From the NCBI GenBank assembly GCA_026391215.1, contig JAPLDX010000078.1, positions 1 to 55,535 on the forward strand: a DNA stretch of 55,535 bases, in the 5' to 3' direction. The position numbers were made by a program, and so were the translations under genes. Below are positions 39,903-49,742 of the stretch, piece by piece. Below the pieces are notes generated by a model that was not told the origin of the DNA, ran no database searches, and saw nothing but the letters and a program-made list of their open reading frames with translations. How positions within the stretch are numbered: the first letter of the stretch is position 1; each line of letters begins with the position of its first letter. This stretch comes from Bacteroidia bacterium (GTDB lineage Bacteria > Bacteroidota > Bacteroidia > Bacteroidales > VadinHA17).

Positions 39903-42251
39903 TCAATGAATTTTATAAAGTCCTGCACCGTGACTTTTTATTGACCGGCTGAAAACATCAGAAAACTTCCCTATTTTCTTACCCGTCCACATATCTGTAA
40001 CTGTATGAGTGCCTGTCAATCCAAGCTGCTCAAATTTTACTGATATTTCAGCTTCCGGAAGATCAGAAGCATTAAAAAGGGCAACATACTTATCAGCGGT
40101 ATGAGGATCATCAGCTGTCCATGCAATAAGATCATCCTCTCTGAAAAGCTGCCTGTTGTTAATGCTTTGCTGATTTACTTTAATCACATTTTTATTGGTT
40201 ATCAGCAGGTTTGTAAACTCATCATTGTCCGGAAGATTGCCGCCGAACATCAAAGGCGAGCGGAAAATGGCAAAAAGAGTCATCAGGGTATATTGTTCAT
40301 CTTTTGTGAATAAGCTCATCCTTGGCTGGCCTCTTTCAGCCCTGATTCCTATTCTTCCCAGAGGGAGCATATCAGCATCAGGGTAATAACCGGGTCCTCT
40401 GCAGGAAGTCCATTTGTCGCATACTTCAAACTCCTGCTTAAGGTCCGTCCACCTGTCCCAGAAATCATCGGTAGTACGCCACATGTTTGCATGATTCTTG
40501 AGAAATTCAGCATCATCTACATTGTTCCCCCTGGGGGAAATGCTTAGTACGATTGGCCTTCCGCAGTTGTCAATAGCCTTCCTTATCAGTGCAATTTCTT
40601 CAAGCCTGCCGGAAAGATCATCAACCTTTACAAAATCAATTTCCCATGAAGCATAAAGTTGAAAAATAGAATTATAGTATTCCTGAGCTCCTGCTTTCCC
40701 TGCAACAATTGTGTACATATCACTCAACCAATTGCACTGATTTTCTGTTGAGTAAATATCCGCAGCTTTTGCACTACTGCCTAAAATTGGCGTATTTTTC
40801 TGAACGGCGATTACCGGGATCCCGCGCATAATATGTATTCCGAATTTCAGTCCTTTACTGTGTACAAAATCAGCCAGCGGTTTGAATCCGTTGCCATCTG
40901 CTGCTGACGGAAAACGATTTACAGCCGGTGTAAAACGTCCATACTCATCCATGACATAAACAGGATCTATTTGGTTATAACCTCCCGCCTTATCGTTCTC
41001 AACAAACCAGCGTATATCCACCACTATATATTCCCATCCAAATTCCTTTAAATGCTTTGACATGTAATCGGCATTTGCTTTTACTTCATCTTCAACAACA
41101 GTAGGACCAAAACAATCCCAGCTATTCCATCCCATTGGTGGTACTGGTGCCCAACTATAAAATGCAAGTTCTTTGTTTACAGGTAATTTATACCATCTGA
41201 TCGCGTTTTCGCTATAAATCTTGTTCACCACCTCTTCAGGAAGTTTCAGTCCCTGGAATTTCCCCTTAAATAAATCTGAAGCCATTTCACTATCCGTCAC
41301 AAAGTATTTCCAGTCATTGATCCAGGTATTGTGTAAATCCTTTTTAAAATCCTCCGGATTATCAGAGCATCCATATTCAGAATCAGTTCCATAAATCAGC
41401 CTGTCCTGGTACTTCATTATGAAATCACGCACTCGTTTCCTGTCTTGCGCTGACTGGTACTGAAGATGACAGATCCTTGCAGTCATATCGACAGCCATAT
41501 TCGGGTATCTGTCAAGTCTTGAGGCAAGCGAATCAACATTCCATTCCAGGCTTCCAAGATGACATCCTATGAATACAAGATCCGGATTTTTTTTCAAAAG
41601 GTTATCCCGTGCATTTATCTGGTCCTCATAGGATGGATATTCCGGATGAATGAACATATGATATTGCGGGTTTTGCGCAAAATAGCTGCTATCGCTGCTG
41701 ACTGTCATCTGATCAAGAGGAAGCCAGCAGTTCCGCGGTTCACCAAGATGCCCGGCAATTGGAAGACCTTTGCTTTTAATAAACTCCACGACAGGATCAA
41801 GTTTCTGATCATCAACCATTATGAATTTCCCGGATCTGTCACGCTCACTCATTCCAATATTCTTCCAGATCTTAACACATACTGCTCCGGCAGAAATGTC
41901 TTTTTCAAGACTGGATATCACTTTACCGGCCCAGTCATCCGTACCCCATCCTGCAGTATCAAAATAAAAAGAAGGTCCGTAAAAAACCCTGCCCGGATAA
42001 TTGTGCACCGACGATAAAGCAAGATTCTGCCTCTCTCTTATATTAACAGAATCAGAATGATCAACACTCATGGTGATCAGCAAAAAGTTATCCTTTTCTG
42101 CCTGTTTTTCAAATGTCCCGTCACTGCATTTGATATGAACATGCGAATCAATTTTTAGAACTGATTGAAAATCTTCTTCTGAATAATACTTACTGTTACA
42201 TCCTATCAGAAGAAATGCTAAAACAAAAGATAGCAAATATGTCTTCTTCAT
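39903..42251 (-). CDS. Lipoprotein fusion: amidohydrolase_2 domain + GH27 glycoside hydrolase
   Basis: Lipobox LIGC; DSHVH, CHLG, YGTD; then PPMGWNSWD, VVDIRW, FVKVDD, WRTTDDFWD, PDADML. Confidence 0.85.
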   Translation of the reverse strand: MKKTYLLSFVLAFLLIGCNSKYYSEEDFQSVLKIDSHVHIKCSDGTFEKQAEKDNFLLITMSVDHSDSVNIRERQNLALSSVHNYPGRVFYGPSFYFDTAGWGTDDWAGKVISSLEKDISAGAVCVKIWKNIGMSERDRSGKFIMVDDQKLDPVVEFIKSKGLPIAGHLGEPRNCWLPLDQMTVSSDSSYFAQNPQYHMFIHPEYPSYEDQINARDNLLKKNPDLVFIGCHLGSLEWNVDSLASRLDRYPNMAVDMTARICHLQYQSAQDRKRVRDFIMKYQDRLIYGTDSEYGCSDNPEDFKKDLHNTWINDWKYFVTDSEMASDLFKGKFQGLKLPEEVVNKIYSENAIRWYKLPVNKELAFYSWAPVPPMGWNSWDCFGPTVVEDEVKANADYMSKHLKEFGWEYIVVDIRWFVENDKAGGYNQIDPVYVMDEYGRFTPAVNRFPSAADGNGFKPLADFVHSKGLKFGIHIMRGIPVIAVQKNTPILGSSAKAADIYSTENQCNWLSDMYTIVAGKAGAQEYYNSIFQLYASWEIDFVKVDDLSGRLEEIALIRKAIDNCGRPIVLSISPRGNNVDDAEFLKNHANMWRTTDDFWDRWTDLKQEFEVCDKWTSCRGPGYYPDADMLPLGRIGIRAERGQPRMSLFTKDEQYTLMTLFAIFRSPLMFGGNLPDNDEFTNLLITNKNVIKVNQQSINNRQLFREDDLIAWTADDPHTADKYVALFNASDLPEAEISVKFEQLGLTGTHTVTDMWTGKKIGKFSDVFSRSIKSHGAGLYKIH

Positions 42252-42281
42252 TGATCAATTATTAGCCAGATATTAAAATTA

Positions 42282-42333
42282 CAAAAAAATCAGGGAAGAT
42301 TGCTTAATATACAATATTAGCGATCTTCCCTGA
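42282..42333 (-). terminator. Intrinsic terminator after the 42368-43264 gene
   Basis: TCAGGGAAGATTGCT...AGCGATCTTCCCTGA stem followed by a T-tract on the minus strand. Confidence 0.75.
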
Positions 42334-42367
42334 AACTATTTTCGCTTCCCGGTTTGTCCGGAAGATT

Positions 42368-43264
42368 TTATTTTTTTGGCATTTTAACATAAGAAGCAGC
42401 ATTCAGAAAATCGATGCTCTTCTTGCAGCTGGTGAACTCATCAAAGTCATATCTTTCTACCTCAACAACGCCATATTTCATGCCTGATTTTTTTCTTGCT
42501 GCCCATATTGATTCAAAGTCCATTTTTCCACTGGCACCTATTTCTTTTTCGTCCTTAATATGCCATGATAAAAAGCGGCCCGGATATTTGTTGAAATAGT
42601 CTATAGGATTGCCGCCTCCTTCAACACACCAGTAGAGGTCGATCTGGAAAAACACCTTGGCAGGATCGGTATTCTTAAGCATAAAGTCATATACTGTTAT
42701 GCTATCTGATACTGTCTGGTCTTTAAGTTTGGTTGAAAACTCTCCTGAGTGGTTATGATATCCGAATTTTATTCCTTTGGTGTTGCATTTCTCACCAATA
42801 GCATTGAAATACTCGCAATACTTTTTAAGAGTCTCGAGGCTTTTATAAGCATCTCCGCCCATTGTGGGTTGAACTATGTATTTTGCACCAACAGCTGCAT
42901 GGGCATCTATACATTCATCCCACCATTTCATGGTCTTTTCCCTGTTGGCATCACTCGGCAGCATCTGGCTGGTGTGCGAGCTTAAAACCGTCATCCCGTT
43001 CTTCAGGCATAGATCTTTAAATGCGACAGGGTCGATACCATAGAATTTGCCGTTCCCATAACCGGCAGGTTCAACAAAAGTATAACCCATCACAGCTACT
43101 TTTTCAATAGCGGCCGGGACGTTTTTCCTGATTGAGTCGCGGATTGAATAAAGCTGAAGTCCTATATTCTTGTTTTTAGGAGGAGTAAAGGAAAGCAAGA
43201 GTGTTGAGAGAGTGCCTGTTATGGCAATCAATAAAACAATAGTAAGTAAATTACGTTTTTTCAT
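42368..43264 (-). CDS. Exported AP_endonuc_2 TIM barrel
   Basis: GLQLYSIR, GYHNHSGEF, QIDLYW, WHIKD, VEVE; signal peptide. Confidence 0.88.
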   Translation of the reverse strand: MKKRNLLTIVLLIAITGTLSTLLLSFTPPKNKNIGLQLYSIRDSIRKNVPAAIEKVAVMGYTFVEPAGYGNGKFYGIDPVAFKDLCLKNGMTVLSSHTSQMLPSDANREKTMKWWDECIDAHAAVGAKYIVQPTMGGDAYKSLETLKKYCEYFNAIGEKCNTKGIKFGYHNHSGEFSTKLKDQTVSDSITVYDFMLKNTDPAKVFFQIDLYWCVEGGGNPIDYFNKYPGRFLSWHIKDEKEIGASGKMDFESIWAARKKSGMKYGVVEVERYDFDEFTSCKKSIDFLNAASYVKMPKK

Positions 43265-43349
43265 GTTGTCAGGGATTTTAAATTTGACGAAATATACAAA
43301 TTAATTTATAAGTCACAACCTGACATATGTTATGTAAGATATTGCTATT

Positions 43350-43801
43350 ATGAACGCATATAAAAGATTCTGCTTATTTTTGCCGGACTACCCGGGTGTA
43401 AGAACATTAAAGGTGAAAAAGTTTATCAAAGCTGGACTGATAGTATACTTATTGCTTTCTGTTAATTATTTAACAAAAGGTCAGATGCCTTATACCAGGG
43501 AGTCGTGGCAGTATATTGCAACGAAGATGCCGGATGAATGGTACGGTTACGAAGAATCAAAAGCTATTGCAGAAAATGTCCTTTTATATCAGAGGGATCT
43601 TGGGGGATAGCCAAAAAATATTGCTGTTCACAAACCTCTCACTGAAACCGAGAAAGCCAAGATTAAGGATGAAAAGGGATTGAATGATGCGATTTTCGAT
43701 AACAGCGCAATTACAGCTGGTATATTGATGCCCCCGGGGATGTAATTGATAAATATCCTGCCTGGAAAGTTAAATGGTCGAAAACGATCACTGAGAAATA
43801 A
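43350..43801 (+). pseudogene. PL10 (PelA/Pel-15E-type) pectate lyase remnant
   Basis: AENVLLYQRDLGG*PKN (TAG at 43608 where Trp is expected) ...FDNSA, then a frame change to YSWYIDAPGDVIDKYPAWK, which resembles the PL10 C-terminus; the catalytic core is absent. Confidence 0.8.
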
Positions 43802-46403
43802 ATTTCAGCAGCGGGATGAGGATCGGCTTCCCTTTTTCGGCTCTGTAAATGATTCCTGCGTCTCCAGATTCCTGATGAACATAAGGATTCATCTTACCGA
43901 CAAATGTCAGCGCTCTTTCCCTGGCTTCGTCACTGTATTTGATAAATACAGGATAAACAGCAGCTATCAGATCCGGAAGTTCATCCTTGTCGGTAACGAA
44001 GGTTCCTTTTGGCCAGGAAGTACTGCTGCCATCCTGAGATATTACCACTGTCCCTCCCGACGGGATCCAGTTCATCCAGTTCATCTCGTCGCCTGCATTC
44101 TTTTCGCTCCCATTCGTAATAATAGCATCTGAATAGTATTTCTTTAATCCTTCCTTAAATAAAGGCGGGAGCTTTGTAGCGTTTATATAGCTAGAGATCA
44201 GCCTGCAGTTATTGTAATAGGAAATGCTGAAATTAAAATCACTGCTTGCAAGAATGCCGTTATTATTGACCATGTATGACGCAAAAAGATCAGCAAGCGA
44301 TCTGAATTCAATCGTTGCTGTATCGACTGCAGAATTGTTTCTGTAAATATATTCCCTTACTGCTTTTTTATACCCCTGTCTGTCTGAAGGACCCTGATTC
44401 AGATCCGTGGTTGTTGTCTTCAATTCTGACGGTACTTCCTCGAGCCTTTCAATAACCAGAACTGCTCTGGCAACAGGCCTGCGGCCCTCATCGTTCAGTA
44501 CCGGCTCGGTAAAAGCAGAATTGTCTGGTTTTATTTCCTGTGCATCAATTTCAAAAGTACCGGAAGCCAGACCGCTTGCTGATACTGTGACACGTATCTT
44601 CCCGGATTTGCCGGTAGATCTTATCACATTTGAAACAGGTATTTCCGTATACCTTGCACCTTCAGGAGAGCGGAATTTGTTTTTATCTGACTCAAATAGT
44701 GATGGCCCTGTCAACCTGGCCGGTCCTGTTACCTCCCATTTTAATGTATTCGTAGCTCCGTAAACCCGGTTCCCTTTTGAGTCTGTGATTTCTGCATTTA
44801 CAATAGTTACTGAACCCCGGTCTGCATTAATTTTTTTATGAGAACCGTTCAGGACAATCTTTGCAGGTTCTCCGGGCTGAACCTGCTGCCCGGAAACTGG
44901 TTTCATTTCCTTCCCGGCCAAAGGATAATGATTAAGGTCAGAAAGTACCAGGTTATCATATTCATGCCTGACGTAATCACCTGCAGATCCGTCGGTTACC
45001 CGGTATGCAGTAAGTATCCTGGTAGTATCTTCATCCCTGGCATATTTTGAATCGGCAGCATGATTTGTCTCTCTTCCCATACTCCAGAACATGATGGAAG
45101 GATGATTCCTGTCCCGGCGGATCATTTCCTTCACCTGTTGTTCCTGCACCTCAGCAGAAAATGACTGGCTGCCAGTGCTGGGTGATTCCTCAATAACCAC
45201 AAATCCATATTTATCAGCAAGATTATATACTTGTTTGTCATTTGGGTAACCGGCAGTGAGGATGAGGTCACACCTTTTACTTCCATAAATATCCTTGTAA
45301 TCCATTTCAGCAAGCCATTCTGGTATTGCTGCACCAAGCCATGGATATTCCTGCCCGAGCTTACCACCGCTTATTGCCAGCTTCTTGCCATTGACATAGA
45401 GGGCCCCCTCCTGATAATCCCATTTGAGCCATCGGAAACCCAGCGGACTGGTATAGCTGTCAGTCACCTTTGTCCCGTCTGTCACTTCCGAATAAACCTT
45501 ATACATGTACGGATTTTCAGGAGACCACAGATGTGGATTTTTTACCGGCTTTGAGGTCTGTTCAAATTTGTACAATTGTCCCGGGTTGATTGTATATTTT
45601 GATTTTATTACCTGGACAATCTTGTTTGTTGCATCAATTATATATGTATTCAGCATACAGCTTTTTGGCTGTTCATAATCATTCTTCACCCAGGTCTGGA
45701 TCTTAACAACAGCCTGTTTGTCAGATATTACCGGGGTTGTTATAAATGTACCGCCTTCATGTGATGCTGAACCCTGCATTGGTATATAAAGCTTGTCCTT
45801 TATTACAAGATTCACATCGCGGTATACGCCACCATAAACGTTAAAACCGGTTACGTTCATAGGTGGTATTTTATACTGGTCGTCCTTCCGGTTATTAACT
45901 GCAATTGTTACAACATTTTCTTTACCCGGAACAATTAAACCTGTCAGGTCAAAATCAAATGACCCGTATCCGCCTTTATGGTCACCCAGGTACTTGCCGT
46001 TCAGCCATACTTCGCAGTATTTCTGAACCCCTTCAAACTCGATAAATACCTTCTGCCCTTTATATTTTTCATTTACAGTGAAATGCTTACGGTACCATCC
46101 CCATCCTTTCCACCAGTAAGGATCATCGTTTTCCGAAATGTTTTTTATAAAAGGATGTATATCGCCAGTGGTTTCATAAGTCATCCATGTATGGGGTATG
46201 CTTATTACCGGCCAGTTCAGATCATTGTAACCTGCTGCTTCATATCCCATTCCCGGTTCCTCTCCCGGGAAATAATTAAAGGTCCAGTTTGAATTGATGG
46301 TCTTTTCAATCCGCGGGCTTTTCACAAAAACTGTGGATTTCTTCTTTGCACCAAGAAATAATATGCAGGATGCCAGTAAAATAAGAGTTAAGAATTTTTT
46401 CAT
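43788..46403 (-). CDS. GH2-like protein with degenerate, shortened catalytic domain and unknown C-terminal domain
   Basis: GWYRKHF, FEGV, GGY.SF, RDRNHPSI; but GGKLGQE, TAGYP and WSMGRE replace the usual NRH, AHYP and GNE. Confidence 0.8.
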   Translation of the reverse strand: MKKFLTLILLASCILFLGAKKKSTVFVKSPRIEKTINSNWTFNYFPGEEPGMGYEAAGYNDLNWPVISIPHTWMTYETTGDIHPFIKNISENDDPYWWKGWGWYRKHFTVNEKYKGQKVFIEFEGVQKYCEVWLNGKYLGDHKGGYGSFDFDLTGLIVPGKENVVTIAVNNRKDDQYKIPPMNVTGFNVYGGVYRDVNLVIKDKLYIPMQGSASHEGGTFITTPVISDKQAVVKIQTWVKNDYEQPKSCMLNTYIIDATNKIVQVIKSKYTINPGQLYKFEQTSKPVKNPHLWSPENPYMYKVYSEVTDGTKVTDSYTSPLGFRWLKWDYQEGALYVNGKKLAISGGKLGQEYPWLGAAIPEWLAEMDYKDIYGSKRCDLILTAGYPNDKQVYNLADKYGFVVIEESPSTGSQSFSAEVQEQQVKEMIRRDRNHPSIMFWSMGRETNHAADSKYARDEDTTRILTAYRVTDGSAGDYVRHEYDNLVLSDLNHYPLAGKEMKPVSGQQVQPGEPAKIVLNGSHKKINADRGSVTIVNAEITDSKGNRVYGATNTLKWEVTGPARLTGPSLFESDKNKFRSPEGARYTEIPVSNVIRSTGKSGKIRVTVSASGLASGTFEIDAQEIKPDNSAFTEPVLNDEGRRPVARAVLVIERLEEVPSELKTTTTDLNQGPSDRQGYKKAVREYIYRNNSAVDTATIEFRSLADLFASYMVNNNGILASSDFNFSISYYNNCRLISSYINATKLPPLFKEGLKKYYSDAIITNGSEKNAGDEMNWMNWIPSGGTVVISQDGSSTSWPKGTFVTDKDELPDLIAAVYPVFIKYSDEARERALTFVGKMNPYVHQESGDAGIIYRAEKGKPILIPLLKFISQ

Positions 46404-46594
46404 GGCCGGTATTTTACTCCAATAAAATTACAAGAAATCCCCCGTATAAATGCAAATCATTATTGAATAACTTCAGCTTTAATAAGACTTAGGTTGTTTA
46501 TTGTGCTGAAAGTTAATCTTTTGCTTGTTTAAACTTTAATTTTTGAAATTATCCATGGAATAAGTAAATTAACACAAATTAATTTTAATATGCT

Positions 46595-47593
46595 ATGAAT
46601 TCCAAACGCTTTTTAATCATACAAATACTGGTAATTGCGCTTTTCAGCAATGCTTATTGTCAGAAAACGCCAACCGGTGATGCAAAGGATTTCAGGGTAA
46701 AAACATGCCTCCACTCAGTGAGTTATATGGGAGTCTGGCGGGGACAGGCAACCCTTACTGTCGATGAGTTCCTTGTTAAAGCAAAGGAGCTTGGTTTCGA
46801 CGGTGTAATGCTTGCTGCCAAACGTCCGCATATTTCACCGGTAGATTATGATGATGCTGCACGCCAACAGCTCCGTACGAGAATAAAAGAGCTTGGACTT
46901 GAACTTGTATGCCTTGCAGCGTATACAGATTTCACAGCAGGTATTGACAAGGCCGGGATACCTAATATTGAGATCCAGGCGACTTATATCGGGGAGATCG
47001 CACGTCTTGCACACGATCTCGGCACCAGCATGGTAAGGGTATTCACTGGATATGAGCGCCCTGATATGCCTTATGATAAACAATATGCTCTGGTTGTAGA
47101 AGGTCTGAAGATGGCAGGGCAATTTGCTGCAAAATATGGAGTTACCCTTGCTGTCCAGAATCATCACGATATAGCACTGCACCACGAGGCTATGAAATGG
47201 CTGCTCGATGAAGTCAATCTGCCTAATGTCAAAGCTGCCTTCGACTGCTGGTCGCCTACACTTGAAGGATTGACATCAGAAGAGATAAGACAGGCTGTTC
47301 TGACCATGAAGCCATATATCGTACATACAACAACCGCTGACTACAAAGAGCTTCCAAGATTTAGATATGAGATCAACCAGACCAATTATACACAGCTCCA
47401 GTCGCAGATGAGGGCAGTACCCATAGGTGAAGGATTCCTTGATTACAAAACCTTCATCAATGCACTTAAGGAAATTGGCTATCAGGGATATATATCCTAT
47501 GAAATGTGCGAGGTGCTTGAAGGAGGAGGATCGATTGAAAACCTCGATAAATGCGCCAGGAAATTTCTTGAGTATGTCAAACAGTTTAAATAA
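46595..47593 (+). CDS. Exported AP_endonuc_2 TIM barrel
   Basis: LGFDGV, VQNHHD, FDCW, GYQGYISYE; signal peptide. Confidence 0.82.
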   Translation: MNSKRFLIIQILVIALFSNAYCQKTPTGDAKDFRVKTCLHSVSYMGVWRGQATLTVDEFLVKAKELGFDGVMLAAKRPHISPVDYDDAARQQLRTRIKELGLELVCLAAYTDFTAGIDKAGIPNIEIQATYIGEIARLAHDLGTSMVRVFTGYERPDMPYDKQYALVVEGLKMAGQFAAKYGVTLAVQNHHDIALHHEAMKWLLDEVNLPNVKAAFDCWSPTLEGLTSEEIRQAVLTMKPYIVHTTTADYKELPRFRYEINQTNYTQLQSQMRAVPIGEGFLDYKTFINALKEIGYQGYISYEMCEVLEGGGSIENLDKCARKFLEYVKQFK

Positions 47594-47709
47594 CAGCCTG
47601 CCGTCTGCCGCTCCTGATATTATAGCTTCAGTGGTAAAAGTCGAAGTAAAAGGAAAAGTGGACGGAAAAGAGTCTGGAAATAAAATATAAATAAAAAATG
47701 CACATTTTC

Positions 47710-47739
47710 TTTGAAATATTAAAAATATGCATACATTTG
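47710..47739 (+). promoter_or_regulatory. Bacteroidota promoter of the ilv-leu operon
   Basis: TTTG (47710-47713), 18-nt spacer, TACATTTG (47732-47739). Confidence 0.7.
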
Positions 47740-47761
47740 TCCCTCAATTTGTAATTTAACT

Positions 47762-47821
47762 ATGAGAAAATCTTTAATACTTATTATTGCCCTCATCCTT
47801 ATTATTGTGCCCTGCACATGA
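47762..47821 (+). CDS. Ile/Leu/Val-rich attenuator leader peptide [19 protein letters not shown]
   Basis: 19 codons, 11 of them I/L/V, between the promoter and a terminator upstream of ilvD; absent from the ORF track. Confidence 0.85.
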   Translation: MRKSLILIIALILIIVPCT

Positions 47822-47853
47822 TCCGGGAATAATATGTATTACTATAACTATAC

Positions 47854-47887
47854 AAGCTTTCCGGGGAACCCGGGAAGCTTTTTTTTT
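47854..47887 (+). terminator. Attenuator terminator
   Basis: AAGCTTTCCGG-GGAAC-CCGGGAAGCTT followed by a T run; TCCGGGAA (47822-47829) can pair with the 5' arm as antiterminator. Confidence 0.85.
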
Positions 47888-47906
47888 AAAAGGGGAAATA
47901 TTAAAT

Positions 47907-49733
47907 ATGAAAAACCAGCTTAGGAGCCTGAAGACGATCAGCGGCAGGTATATGGCAGGAGCCAGGAGCCTCTGGCGTGCCAATGGCATGAAGGAAAAGC
48001 AGTTCGGCAAACCGGTAATTGCAGTGGTAAACTCATTTTCCCAGTTTGTTCCCGGTCATGTTCATCTTCATAATATCGGTCAGATAGTTAAGAAAGAAAT
48101 TGAGGAGCTCGGTTGCTTTGCAGCTGAATTCAACACCATTGCTATTGATGACGGTATTGCAATGGGACACCTGGGGATGCTCTATTCTCTGCCATCACGG
48201 GAGCTGATTGCCGACAGCGTTGAATACGTCTGCAATGCACATTGCGCCGATGCAATGATCTGCATCAGTAATTGCGACAAGATCACCCCGGGGATGCTTA
48301 TGGCTGCAATGAGACTTAATATTCCTTCAGTTTTTGTGTCTGGGGGCCCGATGGAAGCAGGCATTCATGGGAAAAGGCAGCTTGACCTTGTGGATGTCAT
48401 GGTGGATGGGGCCGATAATAATATAAGCGATGCCGAACTGAATGATATCGAGAGATCAGCCTGCCCTACATGCGGCTCCTGCTCGGGCATGTTCACGGCA
48501 AACTCAATGAACTGTCTGAATGAAGCTCTTGGCTTTGCCCTCCCTGGCAACGGGACTCTCATTGCAACACATGCCGGCCGGATAGCTCTTTTCAGAAAAG
48601 CCGCAAAGCTGATAGTTGAACTGGCAAATAAATATTATTATAATGGCGATGATAGCGTCCTCCCAAGATCAATAGCAACAAGAAAAGCATTTCTAAATTC
48701 CATGTCGCTCGACATTGCAATGGGAGGTTCCTCAAATACGGTTCTTCACCTTCTTGCTCTTGCCCATGAAGCAAAGGTTGACTTTTCGATAAGGGATGTA
48801 GATACACTTTCACGTAAGGTTCCCAATTTATGCAAAGTGGCGCCCAGCTCACATTACCACGTCCAGGATGTCCACCGTGCAGGAGGGATCATGGCAATAC
48901 TGGGAGAACTTGAACGCAGCAGGCTGATAGACACATCGGTAAAACGTGTTGATTACCAGTCACTTCACCAGGCTATAGGATGCTGGGATATTACGGGAGG
49001 CAAAGCTATTCCTGAGGCTTATTCTCTTTTTAAGTGCGCTCCTTCGATGATGAAAACAATAGAAATGGGCACCCATAATACAATGTATGAGAACCTTGAT
49101 ACAGACAGGAATAACGGGTGCATAAGGGATATAAAGCATCCTTACAGCACTGATGGCGGGCTTGCTGTGCTCTATGGGAATATTGCACCCGACGGCTCAA
49201 TTGTAAAGAGCGCCGGAGTTGACAAAGAATTATTACAGTTTTCCGGTCCGTCTGTGGTATTTGAATCCCAGGAAGATGCGGCGGAAGGAATTATCGATGG
49301 GAAAGTCAGGGAAGGCGACATAGTTGTTATTAGATACGAAGGACCAAAAGGAGGTCCGGGTATGCAGGAGATGCTCTACCCTACCTCCTATCTGAAATCA
49401 AAAGGTCTTGGCAAAAAATGCGCACTCGTCACAGACGGAAGGTTCTCAGGAGGAACATCAGGATTGTCAGTCGGGCATATATCACCTGAGGCGGCAGCAG
49501 GAGGCGCACTCGCACTTGTCAGAACAGGCGATATAATAGAAATTAATATTCCGGAAAGAAAAATAAATGTCAAACTATCTGATAATGAACTAAATATCAG
49601 ACGTGATAAAGAAATAGCAAAAGGTGATTCAGCATTCCATCCATTAAACAGGAAACGTGAAATTCCGATTTCACTCAAAGCCTATGCACGATTTGTCAGT
49701 TCTGCAGATAAAGGAGCAGTGAGAATTTTATAA
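47907..49733 (+). CDS. ilvD: Dihydroxy-acid dehydratase
   Basis: [36 protein letters not shown]; true start MKNQLRS (track start 47787 runs through the attenuator). Confidence 0.96.
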   Translation: MKNQLRSLKTISGRYMAGARSLWRANGMKEKQFGKPVIAVVNSFSQFVPGHVHLHNIGQIVKKEIEELGCFAAEFNTIAIDDGIAMGHLGMLYSLPSRELIADSVEYVCNAHCADAMICISNCDKITPGMLMAAMRLNIPSVFVSGGPMEAGIHGKRQLDLVDVMVDGADNNISDAELNDIERSACPTCGSCSGMFTANSMNCLNEALGFALPGNGTLIATHAGRIALFRKAAKLIVELANKYYYNGDDSVLPRSIATRKAFLNSMSLDIAMGGSSNTVLHLLALAHEAKVDFSIRDVDTLSRKVPNLCKVAPSSHYHVQDVHRAGGIMAILGELERSRLIDTSVKRVDYQSLHQAIGCWDITGGKAIPEAYSLFKCAPSMMKTIEMGTHNTMYENLDTDRNNGCIRDIKHPYSTDGGLAVLYGNIAPDGSIVKSAGVDKELLQFSGPSVVFESQEDAAEGIIDGKVREGDIVVIRYEGPKGGPGMQEMLYPTSYLKSKGLGKKCALVTDGRFSGGTSGLSVGHISPEAAAGGALALVRTGDIIEINIPERKINVKLSDNELNIRRDKEIAKGDSAFHPLNRKREIPISLKAYARFVSSADKGAVRIL

Positions 49734-49742
49734 AAATAAGGT

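Noticed and set aside
43608-43610. Pyrrolysine or stop-codon reassignment at the in-frame TAG
   Set aside because: The gene is also internally deleted, and TAG serves as a normal stop for other genes here (e.g. 7421, 12647, 35340)
47787-47906. N-terminal extension of IlvD
   Set aside because: Runs through the leader peptide and attenuator terminator
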